Positions 49,309-57,693 of a DNA stretch of 64,000 nt are shown here, piece after piece; the stretch's first letter is position 1, and each line of letters opens with the position of its first letter. The stretch lies in NCBI GenBank assembly GCA_041746255.1, contig JBGTHM010000053.1, positions 59,153 through 123,152 of the forward strand, written 5' to 3'. The position numbers and the translations under genes are program-made. Source of the stretch: Fibrobacteria bacterium. Lineage in GTDB: Bacteria; Fibrobacterota; Fibrobacteria; UBA11236. The notes under the pieces are model-generated. The model did not search any database, was not told the DNA's origin, and saw only the letters and a program-made list of their open reading frames with translations.

Positions 49309-50538
49309 TTAATCCTCCTTGTCCGTAACCGGCTTAACTACGCAGTCCACCAACCGCGAGGCCGCAGATTCCCTCAGGTTTTTCGCGGCTCCCGAAGCTT
49401 TTGCGAGACTATCCGCGGTATTGAAAAACCCGGCGAAGGCCGGTTCGCCGCCGCATGTTTCGGAAATCTCAATGGTAGTGTGGGCTTGCAACCTCTGGGC
49501 CCATTGCTCGCGGACGCTTTTCCAAAATTTCCCCGTACCCTTCCAGTAGGCATCGCCCGCGGAAAAGTCGAAATCGCGGATGCGGTCGTAGCGGTTAACA
49601 CCGTATTCGCGTGCGCGAAAGGGCAGCGTCGAATCAGGTTGCCCCCGGCTGTCCAGCACCATTTTCATATTATCCTGCTCATGCACCCAACCTCCCGCTT
49701 GCACCGTATGCCGGTTCACTCCGGTTAACACTTGATAATCGTCGCGCGCGCTTTCTTCGCGGCGGGGTAGGGGACGCCAAGCCGAGTTACCGGTCCAGGC
49801 AGAGAAGGCGGAGTTGTGGTTCCAGGTACCTAGCGAGGCATATCGGGGCGTATCGTCCACGTGGAAAACCGTTTGCGACCAGGCAGCCCGCCTTTCCTCT
49901 TCTTGCGTGGATCGCGTGCTCCATCGGCGCTGGCCGTGGAATTCCGTGAGGGTAACCGGCTGGTAACGCCAGTCCTGGCGCCAATGTTTCATTACCATGG
50001 GGCCATTCTCCCGGCCCTTTTCGTCAACGAAAAACATCACCATAATATGTTGCAGGCTGATGAAGTCGGCCGAATCTTCTACCACGTATATCCGTTCCGT
50101 GCCCCACGAACGATAGGGAACGGAAGGTTGCCGCGGAATCGCTTCCATGGAGGGGGCGAAAACCAAGGTTTCCAGGAAATCGAAGGACGTGCGATAATCT
50201 CCGGCCATGGCCAAAATGGCGGCTCGGTCGCGCTCTTTAGTGGTAAGTCCGGGTCGGCGCAGCAGCATCCAAGCGCTGTCGGGGGATTCCACCAATTGCA
50301 CAGGAGTACCTTGGGTGATACCTCCGCGGAGTTGCAGGTCGGGAACTTCCCAAAAAGGCCAGGCGAAAACATACGACGTTTTTCCGGGACCCGGTTTTTC
50401 GGAGGCGGGAGGGTTTTTCGAAGCGGGTCCGGGTTGGGGCCCTTTCCCGGCACAACCCAGCAGAGCCAGTAAAATAATCGACCCTAAAAATGCGCTGAAT
50501 TTCTCCCGTGAATTTGGTTGGAATCGGCTTGAATTCAA
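49309..50538 (-). CDS. DUF6607-like lipoprotein
   Basis: LLGC lipobox; DRAAILAMAGDY, SLQHIM, KHWRQDW, WRPLPRRE, REYGVNRY. Confidence 0.75.
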   Translation of the reverse strand: MNSSRFQPNSREKFSAFLGSIILLALLGCAGKGPQPGPASKNPPASEKPGPGKTSYVFAWPFWEVPDLQLRGGITQGTPVQLVESPDSAWMLLRRPGLTTKERDRAAILAMAGDYRTSFDFLETLVFAPSMEAIPRQPSVPYRSWGTERIYVVEDSADFISLQHIMVMFFVDEKGRENGPMVMKHWRQDWRYQPVTLTEFHGQRRWSTRSTQEEERRAAWSQTVFHVDDTPRYASLGTWNHNSAFSAWTGNSAWRPLPRREESARDDYQVLTGVNRHTVQAGGWVHEQDNMKMVLDSRGQPDSTLPFRAREYGVNRYDRIRDFDFSAGDAYWKGTGKFWKSVREQWAQRLQAHTTIEISETCGGEPAFAGFFNTADSLAKASGAAKNLRESAASRLVDCVVKPVTDKED

Positions 50539-50666
50539 AATTTCGTCCCCCTGTTTTATTTAATATACAGTTGTGGTGACAAGTGCGGAGGTGTCGCGGC
50601 GGTTTTGCCTATTGGATACATGGGGTGGGTGTTGACTGTGGTGCAATTTTCATCTATTTATCATTA

Positions 50667-51899
50667 ATGATAAAAAATTACCAGCCTAAGCATTCCGCGC
50701 AACGGTTATTTGGAAAGGGCGCCTTGGCATTGGCCCTGATTCTCGTTCTGGTCAAGGAGGCCGCTACGGATTATTTCGTATACGTGTCCATGCAAGGCAG
50801 CAATTTCATCGGCGTATACAAAATGGACCCCGAGTCGGGCTTGCTTGAAGCGCAAGCGCCGGTAGCCGTAACCGGCGCGCCGGCATCGCTGGCTTTGTCT
50901 CCGGACAAAAAATTCGTGTATGCGGCCCAGCGCAATGCCCAGACCTTTTCCGCCTTTGCGGTTAACCGAAGCACCGGCGCGCTGACTTCGCTCAATACCG
51001 TTCCGGCTGGCTTCAATCCGGTTTATATCGCGACGGACCGTACCGGAAAATATCTGTTGGCTGCTTCGTATAATGGCAATCGTATGGCCGTTCATCCTCT
51101 GGGGACCGACGGTAGGGTGCTGGCTACTGCGACGGATAGCCGCGCGACCGGAGAAAAGCCCCATGGCATTCTAATCGATGCCACCAATCGTTTCCTTTAT
51201 GTTCCGGTATTGGGTCCGGGAACCATTCTTCAATTCGCCTTCGACGAGAAAACCGGGAAATTGCAACCGCTGAACCCGCCGGAAGTCACCACGGAAAAGG
51301 GAGCCGGGCCGCGCCATATGATTTTTCATGGCAGCCTGAATATCGCCTATGTCGCCAATGAATTGAACAGCAGCGTAACCGCTTATGCTTTCGATCCCAA
51401 TACCGGGACTTTGACGTCTCTGCAAACTTTGTCGACGTTGCCCGCCGGTTTTACTTCTCATAATACTGTTGCCGATATCCATATTACACCCGATAATCGC
51501 TTCCTCTACGTTTCCAATAGGGGCCATGAAAGCCTGGCCGGCTACAAGCTTGATCCGGTTACCGGACAAATGACCGCCCTTGGGCAATTCGCCACTACGA
51601 GAAGCCCGCGGGCTTTTGGAATCGACCCAACGGGTAAATTCCTGTTCTCAGCAGGATTTCAATCGGACAGTTTGGCGACGTATCGCATCAACCAAACCTC
51701 CGGTCATCTGGAACCCCTGAAGACCTATGCCACCGGTAAGACCCCTTCGTGGGTGATGGCGGTTTATTTGGGAGAAGGATCCGTCTCCGTCATGCGCCCG
51801 GGTCACCTGGAAAGTTCCCGACAAGGCATACCGGGTTGGATATCCCCACTGAGCGGAAGCCGTTTTTACGATATCCTGGGTCGGCTAAAAAGCGAATAA
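50667..51899 (+). CDS. Secreted lactonase (6-phosphogluconolactonase-like beta-propeller) with short C-terminal tail
   Basis: GAGPRH, YVANEL, ADIHITPDNRFLYVSNRGH, PRAFGIDPTG; FYDILGR tail. Confidence 0.88.
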   Translation: MIKNYQPKHSAQRLFGKGALALALILVLVKEAATDYFVYVSMQGSNFIGVYKMDPESGLLEAQAPVAVTGAPASLALSPDKKFVYAAQRNAQTFSAFAVNRSTGALTSLNTVPAGFNPVYIATDRTGKYLLAASYNGNRMAVHPLGTDGRVLATATDSRATGEKPHGILIDATNRFLYVPVLGPGTILQFAFDEKTGKLQPLNPPEVTTEKGAGPRHMIFHGSLNIAYVANELNSSVTAYAFDPNTGTLTSLQTLSTLPAGFTSHNTVADIHITPDNRFLYVSNRGHESLAGYKLDPVTGQMTALGQFATTRSPRAFGIDPTGKFLFSAGFQSDSLATYRINQTSGHLEPLKTYATGKTPSWVMAVYLGEGSVSVMRPGHLESSRQGIPGWISPLSGSRFYDILGRLKSE

Positions 51900-51923
51900 A
51901 GTTGCTTATTCAGGGCACCAAAA

Positions 51924-53084
51924 TCAGGGCACCAAAAATTTGCTGGTTACTTTGTGATCAACGTTTTTGAGCTGGAGAAAATAGAGACCGCTGGGAAAAT
52001 CAAAGGCGAAATTCCCGGTATGTGAAATTCCCTGCTCCCGCAACAAATTCCCCGTAATATCATAGATGAGCACGTCAACCTCGCCCGGAAAAGGCTTATG
52101 CAATTGAATTCCCGTAGGCCGAATGGTCACTTCGATGCTGTTCAATAAACCCCGAGCGCTTTGTGAAAAATCGCTACCCTGTTTTGAATTAATGTTTACC
52201 GGTAAATCATAAAGCGCCCTCGGCTTTTTGTTTTCGTGAATGTACTGGAATTCTTTGCGCATGTCGTTGACATGGCCTATGTAAACGTAGACGTCATATT
52301 CAATGGTAAATCCCTTGGGAATCCTGAATTTGCGAATATTGGCAAAATAAGAGGTGGCGCCCGCATCGGGGCCGGTTTCAGTAGGGCCGCGGGCCTTGGG
52401 GAAACGATAATAAGTGATGAGGCTGGTTCCAGGCGTATAGACCCCAATACCCCAGCCGTTGTCATCCAAATATGCGGCCCAGTTCTCGGTAATATTATCG
52501 TTTTTATTGCCCCAGTCGGGCACCTTGCTGGTGAGTGCTTTCCCTGTCCAGGGGGATGACCCGTTGTAATAAACCAGATTAGGCAAGGCGTAATCCACGA
52601 ACACCGCCGGCATTTCCTGCCCCCTGACATCTTTGTTATCCCTGTCGTTATTGGTGAATTGATAATGGATATGGGCGATATCTCCGGCCAGGCGAACCCG
52701 TTCGATCATGGGTGTATTCAAAACGTTGCAGCCGCCCCAATTTCGGGGTATTGATTTAGCGTAAAATTCCGTACCTGAATTTTTGAACTCTTCCACGGAT
52801 GCGGGAGTACCCGACCAGCAACCGCCTTGAACAGGGTTCCACACCCAGTCTCTCGTATTCCACTTTGATCCGTCCACATTTCCATAGAAGGACTGCTGAA
52901 TCAATCTGCCCCTGTCCCGGTAATTCAATAGGTTGCGTTCCTTATCGACTCGGGAGAAATAAGCGATACCGGCACCTGATTCCATCAGGAATCCCATGCG
53001 GATTTTACCGTTTTCGATATACTCCCACTCTTGCGCGAATATTCCGCCAACCAACAGAAAAATCAAACAGAAGAACCCAAGCAT
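51924..53084 (-). CDS. Secreted hypothetical protein with T9SS-like C-terminal domain
   Basis: Signal peptide; DRGRLIQQSFYG, WNPVQGG, QEMPAVF; IYDITGNLL...SGLYFLQL. Confidence 0.7.
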   Translation of the reverse strand: MLGFFCLIFLLVGGIFAQEWEYIENGKIRMGFLMESGAGIAYFSRVDKERNLLNYRDRGRLIQQSFYGNVDGSKWNTRDWVWNPVQGGCWSGTPASVEEFKNSGTEFYAKSIPRNWGGCNVLNTPMIERVRLAGDIAHIHYQFTNNDRDNKDVRGQEMPAVFVDYALPNLVYYNGSSPWTGKALTSKVPDWGNKNDNITENWAAYLDDNGWGIGVYTPGTSLITYYRFPKARGPTETGPDAGATSYFANIRKFRIPKGFTIEYDVYVYIGHVNDMRKEFQYIHENKKPRALYDLPVNINSKQGSDFSQSARGLLNSIEVTIRPTGIQLHKPFPGEVDVLIYDITGNLLREQGISHTGNFAFDFPSGLYFLQLKNVDHKVTSKFLVP

Positions 53085-53223
53085 ATTTTTCCTTGGTTTT
53101 GATGATTCTCTACATCGATTAATATACCGCGATAAAAATTTTTACGAGGGACTATTGACGATTCTTACGTTCTCTCCAGGGAACGCTACCTGGAATCGTA
53201 GGCACAATAAAAACCGGTAAAAT

Positions 53224-53239
53224 TGCGGGATTTTTGCCA
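53224..53239 (-). promoter_or_regulatory. Candidate sigma54 promoter
   Basis: Minus strand TGGCAAAAATCCCGCA (GG-N10-GC), 140 nt upstream of the 53084 gene. Confidence 0.35.
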
Positions 53240-53343
53240 TATTCCGGTCAGGTAATGAATGTATTTCCAAGGACTTCGCGGTAATATATGGAATACCCGA
53301 AAGTGCCCAGAAAAATTGGGGCAGGCTTTGTCATGGAGCGTGT

Positions 53344-54627
53344 ATGAAAAGATCGGATGAGATAATAGGGATCCCAACTTCGTCGAACACGGGTCGCATC
53401 CTGGTGGGTATTTCCTTGATTTTCAATGTCACCTGGGCTCAAGTAAAATTATCCGAAATCACAGAAGTTCCCAGTAATGCAATTGGTCGGTATCAGAATG
53501 ATTTACCGCCCAAGGTGTTAATGGGACTCGCCCATATTCCTACCCTGTCGGATGTGGATCCCAAAGATTGGACCTATGTGCGGGATAATCTCGACGGCGT
53601 TTGGATGAACCTTTCCCTGACCGGAGTCGGTGATTCCAAAAAAATCATAAGCACGCTGAAAACAAGGGATTTTTATTTTATCGCGCCCATATCCGATGTC
53701 AAATATGACAGCCTGGGAAAATTGCAGAGTATCAGTGTAGGCACTGGAATGTACGACAACTTCAAAGACATCGTTAAAACACCCAGGCTCGTCATCGTGA
53801 ACGATTATGTCTCCAAACTGGGAAGCGATCCGCTTAGATATTATGGAGAAGGGTATCTCGATGCGACCAGGAAAACCATACTCAAAGACCTCGGCAAAGA
53901 CCCCTTTGAACATCGGTATTATTTAACCGTCAGAGCGGGTCATTTCAGCAGTTCTGTTTACGACAAAACCTATGACCCCCAAAAGACGGGACCCTTAAAA
54001 GGGCGGGCGTTCAGCACCATGCAAGAGGCTTCCGCAGGCGGAGGATTCGCCTATGAAAGATCGGCTTTGGAAATCTTGAGTCCCAATAATCGGGATACTT
54101 ATCTCCAAGCCTTTAATCGATCCAGGGAGCTGGGAGCCGAATTATTATGGCTGTGTCCGCGCGGTCAAGAAGGGGAGGCCAAGGAGGCCACGGACGCTCT
54201 GGTAAAGGCCTATAAGTGGTTCGCGGAAAATCGGGTATTTCCCGATAAAATCGTCATTATCAATTATTCGAGAACCGCCAAGGAGGGAGAGATTCCATAT
54301 TTGTCGATGACTCCCATGATTAACCCGAAAAATCCGGATCTCCCGGCGGAGGGTAGTTTTACCGGGTCGATGTATTGGGCCATTAAGCAAAGGGAAAAGG
54401 CGCTTGCGGGTGGAGCTTCTATTCAACATTTACGGAAACAAATATTTTCCGGTAAAGCAGCAATATTCTTGCGTTCCGAACTGAATAGTATCATGAATAG
54501 GCAAACTTCCAATAACTTTCCCTCGAAGCTGTATTCAATTGATGGGGCGCGTTTTCAATCGGGTCAGAGTGGCTTGAACTCAACGGGAAGAATAAATTCC
54601 GGAATTTACGTAACCCCCGGAAATTAG
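53344..54627 (+). CDS. Secreted hypothetical protein with C-terminal tail
   Basis: Long ORF with signal-like N-terminus; YSIDGARF...SGIYV tail. Confidence 0.65.
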   Translation: MKRSDEIIGIPTSSNTGRILVGISLIFNVTWAQVKLSEITEVPSNAIGRYQNDLPPKVLMGLAHIPTLSDVDPKDWTYVRDNLDGVWMNLSLTGVGDSKKIISTLKTRDFYFIAPISDVKYDSLGKLQSISVGTGMYDNFKDIVKTPRLVIVNDYVSKLGSDPLRYYGEGYLDATRKTILKDLGKDPFEHRYYLTVRAGHFSSSVYDKTYDPQKTGPLKGRAFSTMQEASAGGGFAYERSALEILSPNNRDTYLQAFNRSRELGAELLWLCPRGQEGEAKEATDALVKAYKWFAENRVFPDKIVIINYSRTAKEGEIPYLSMTPMINPKNPDLPAEGSFTGSMYWAIKQREKALAGGASIQHLRKQIFSGKAAIFLRSELNSIMNRQTSNNFPSKLYSIDGARFQSGQSGLNSTGRINSGIYVTPGN

Positions 54628-54653
54628 CACGACATATGACGGGTGGGTAGACT

Positions 54654-55262
54654 TTATTCCGCCATTTTCAATTCCGAGTAGCTATTCCAAATTATTTTAC
54701 TTGCTGACCGAAAAAGTATAACGATTAAAATCACTGCGATGATCAGATCGGGCCATTGGGATTTTGAAATCCATATTCCCAACGCAGCGAAGAGCACAGC
54801 CAGATTTTCAATGACATCGTTTCTGGAGCACTCCCAAACCGAAGCCATGTTGATATCCTCTTTGCGGTGCTTCCATAACAAAGCCAAACATATAGCGTTG
54901 GCAAGCAAACTGAAAACCGTCATGATTCCCATAACTTCAAAAATCGGAACTTCAGGATTAAGTAACTTGTACACGACGTGTCCTGAAACCAGGATGGCTG
55001 CGAACAGAATCAGGAGACCTTTAACCAGCGCGACTTTGGCTTTGTAAAGAGCCCCTCGGGAAACGGCATACAGGCTCAAGCCATACGTGATGGCGTCTCC
55101 GAGATTGTCAATGGTTCCTGAGAAAAGGGCGGAGGAGTTCGCGAAAAACGCGGCGATGAGAACGGCCAGAAACATCACCACGTTGATGAGCAGAACTTGA
55201 ACCAAAGTTTTCCTTTGGCCTCGATTCAAGTCATCGGATTCTATTTCGCAGCAATCGGCCAT
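54654..55262 (-). CDS. Cation diffusion facilitator (CDF) family transporter, short form
   Basis: N-terminal DCCE; DNLGDAITYGLSL, DINMASVWECSRNDVI, WPDL. Confidence 0.85.
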   Translation of the reverse strand: MADCCEIESDDLNRGQRKTLVQVLLINVVMFLAVLIAAFFANSSALFSGTIDNLGDAITYGLSLYAVSRGALYKAKVALVKGLLILFAAILVSGHVVYKLLNPEVPIFEVMGIMTVFSLLANAICLALLWKHRKEDINMASVWECSRNDVIENLAVLFAALGIWISKSQWPDLIIAVILIVILFRSASKIIWNSYSELKMAE

Positions 55263-55304
55263 GCAAACTTTCGGGAAAGCGGTCGTGTTTAAACGTACTG
55301 CTAT

Positions 55305-56327
55305 TTACATCGAGCTGAAGGTGCGGCTCGCAAAAAATCCCAGCATCAAAGGTGAAGAAAGGGTACCGGGCGGCTCGTCCCCGGTTATGATATGGCGGTA
55401 GACAGGAGTTCGCGCCGCCATGCCAACGGTTGCAGACCCCAAGGGTTGTACCAGTGAAAATGTCAGTAGAGCTTCCGACCGTCCCAGGCTCCCATCTTGC
55501 TGGATCTGTCCATCCCAACTCTCGGGCCCTTCGTACAAGGCTTCCACGCCCAAGGCTCCGGTTAGTGAGCGCCACACGCGCCGCCCCATTTGCGCGCCTC
55601 CCGTAACGCGCGCGCCTGCGCGGAACCCATGGCTATTTTCATACAGCGAGGCCTGTCCTTGCGCATGTGCCGATAGCAGCCAAAGTCCCACGGATTTGGA
55701 AAGGTCCAATGCGAGAATGGGATCCCATGTGCCGGATCCGAATTGGATATGCTGGTGGCGCTGGCCGAGGTCACCAAGGACAAAAGGGTTGGGTTCGGTC
55801 CGGGCGATTGGGATAGAAAGTCCGGCACGGACGGATATTAAAAGGCCGCGATGTTCCCCAGCCCATCGACCGAGCAACCAAGGGTCGCCGAAGCCTGCAA
55901 GGGTCTCGTCGCGGTGATGTATGCCGACATCAAGGGGCTGATAAGGTTGCCCATCGGGGGTGGCATATTCGACGGTTGTGTGAACTATTCGGAAGGGAAC
56001 TTGCAACTCCACCCCCAGTTGGGTCGTGAGGCCAAGTTCTCCGATGGCGCGTAATTCACCCGGTAATATGTCTTGCTCATGCAGGTGGAGCGGCTGGACA
56101 GGGTTCTCGCTGCAATCGTTCAAGTCGGCGCAGCCGGCCTCATGGCTGATGCTGAGGTTTGTGATACCCAGTGAAGCGCTGGCGCGCAATTCGCCGGGGC
56201 GTAGTTGAACCGCCTCGATGCGTGTAACAGGCATGTTGGGGTTCCGGCAGCCCGCGCAGGCAAGGGCATCGATAGGCAGTAGTGCTAATCCCCCTAACAG
56301 TGCAAAGCTACTTGCCGTATATTTCAT
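55305..56327 (-). CDS. Hypothetical outer-membrane beta-barrel protein with Cys/His metal-binding motifs
   Basis: Signal peptide then CAGC; HEAGC...C, HLHEQ, HHRDETL..FGD, HQHIQFGSGTWD; amphipathic strands. Confidence 0.65.
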   Translation of the reverse strand: MKYTASSFALLGGLALLPIDALACAGCRNPNMPVTRIEAVQLRPGELRASASLGITNLSISHEAGCADLNDCSENPVQPLHLHEQDILPGELRAIGELGLTTQLGVELQVPFRIVHTTVEYATPDGQPYQPLDVGIHHRDETLAGFGDPWLLGRWAGEHRGLLISVRAGLSIPIARTEPNPFVLGDLGQRHQHIQFGSGTWDPILALDLSKSVGLWLLSAHAQGQASLYENSHGFRAGARVTGGAQMGRRVWRSLTGALGVEALYEGPESWDGQIQQDGSLGRSEALLTFSLVQPLGSATVGMAARTPVYRHIITGDEPPGTLSSPLMLGFFASRTFSSM

Positions 56328-56992
56328 TGCTTGGTTGCGTCGGCTATGGCCTTATCCAACCTCTTGAGATCGAAGCCTGCAACCGTTGCCGCAAGTTTTC
56401 CCGACTTGTCATAAACAGCTAAATACGGAAGGCCCGAGACGTCTTTAAGGTATCGCTTGGCTATCGGTGTTTCCCAGGAAACGACATTCAGTTTTCTCAC
56501 GGCTAGGTCGTTGCGGGTGCCGAGCAATGCAAAAATGTGGGCGTCGATTTTCCGGCAGGGCGCACACCAAACGGCGTAGAAATCGAAAATAGTGACCTTG
56601 CCCTTGACTGCATGTGCCTCCAAGGCAGGCACGTCCTCTCCTTCGTGCGAAATTTCCGCCAAATCCGCGCCTTCCGGAAGAGCCGGTAACGGAGCGAAGG
56701 TCAAGTCCGGATGGCATTTGAAGCATTGCGATTCGGGTACGCCATGGGGTCCGCACCAATCTTTTGCCTCCTTAAACTTGGCTTCCAGGTGGGGATTACA
56801 ACGGGTACAAACCTCCTTGGGCACCTTGTGGGGACAGCGCTCATAATTTTCGGAGGAAGCAGCGCTAAGAGTGGTGATTTTGCCGTGGTTTTCGGTACCG
56901 GCATGAAGGAGCATTGCCGTTCCAAGCGAGAGAGCGGGGAACAGGAGATATGAAAAACAGCGTGATTGGAAACATTTTTGAAAAACCTGCAT
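56324..56992 (-). CDS. Thioredoxin-fold protein with N-terminal Cys/His metal-binding repeats
   Basis: CPHKVPKEVCTRC and WCGPHGVPESQCFKCHP; DFYAVWCAPC; ATGA overlap with the barrel gene; start taken at ATG 56992. Confidence 0.75.
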   Translation of the reverse strand: MQVFQKCFQSRCFSYLLFPALSLGTAMLLHAGTENHGKITTLSAASSENYERCPHKVPKEVCTRCNPHLEAKFKEAKDWCGPHGVPESQCFKCHPDLTFAPLPALPEGADLAEISHEGEDVPALEAHAVKGKVTIFDFYAVWCAPCRKIDAHIFALLGTRNDLAVRKLNVVSWETPIAKRYLKDVSGLPYLAVYDKSGKLAATVAGFDLKRLDKAIADATKQ

Positions 56993-57059
56993 TCTTAAAG
57001 AATAGCAATTTGTTTTCTGCCAGGGTAATTCTCCGGATCCTGATTGTCGGCTCTCCCGG

Positions 57060-57497
57060 TTAGGTCTTACTCGAACAATTGAACATCCAGCGGATACCGA
57101 ACTTGTCGGTAAGCGAACCGAAGTAGTCGCCCCAGAACATTTCCTGGAGCTGCATTTCGATTTCCCCACCTTCTGATAGTGCCTTGAATAGCCGATCCGT
57201 TTCGGTTCGCGTATCGGGTTCGAGGTTGATGTAAACGTTGTTTCCGGGTCTTACGCTGAACCCCATGGTTTCGGGAGCGTCGGTTCCCATGAGGAAATGC
57301 CCGCCGAGTATGGGAAGCGATACATGCATAACCAGGTTTTTATCCGCGTCTTCAAGGGCGGGCTGGTCGGGCTGGGGCGGTATATCGCCGAACCTGGAAA
57401 TGGGAGCGGCGAACTCCGTACCGAAAACCTTTTTATAAAACGTAAACGCCTGTTCCGTCGAGCGGGGAAAGTTTAAGTAGGTGCTTACTCGGGCCAT
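57060..57497 (-). CDS. VOC/PhnB family protein
   Basis: STYLNF, AFTFYKKVFG, LSEGG...MFWGDYFGSLTDKFGIRWM. Confidence 0.9.
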   Translation of the reverse strand: MARVSTYLNFPRSTEQAFTFYKKVFGTEFAAPISRFGDIPPQPDQPALEDADKNLVMHVSLPILGGHFLMGTDAPETMGFSVRPGNNVYINLEPDTRTETDRLFKALSEGGEIEMQLQEMFWGDYFGSLTDKFGIRWMFNCSSKT

Positions 57498-57693
57498 GAT
57501 GGATAGATCCTTTACAGGGGTGTGATTGAAGTCAGAATATTGGGAATAAAGGGGCGCCTGTCAAGATCTGGCTCACTCTGCGAATCAGCGACGGCCTGGC
57601 AGTATTTTGGGAATTTTAGTCGGAGTTGCCCCGGGTTCAATCCCAATGGGAAAAAGCCGGGGATTTTTCGGAGTTTGGGCGATATCATAGTAC

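Noticed and set aside
56993..57169. Extension of the thioredoxin ORF into the VOC gene
   Set aside because: Out-of-frame overlap with a clear PhnB-like gene; the signal-like region starts near 56992.
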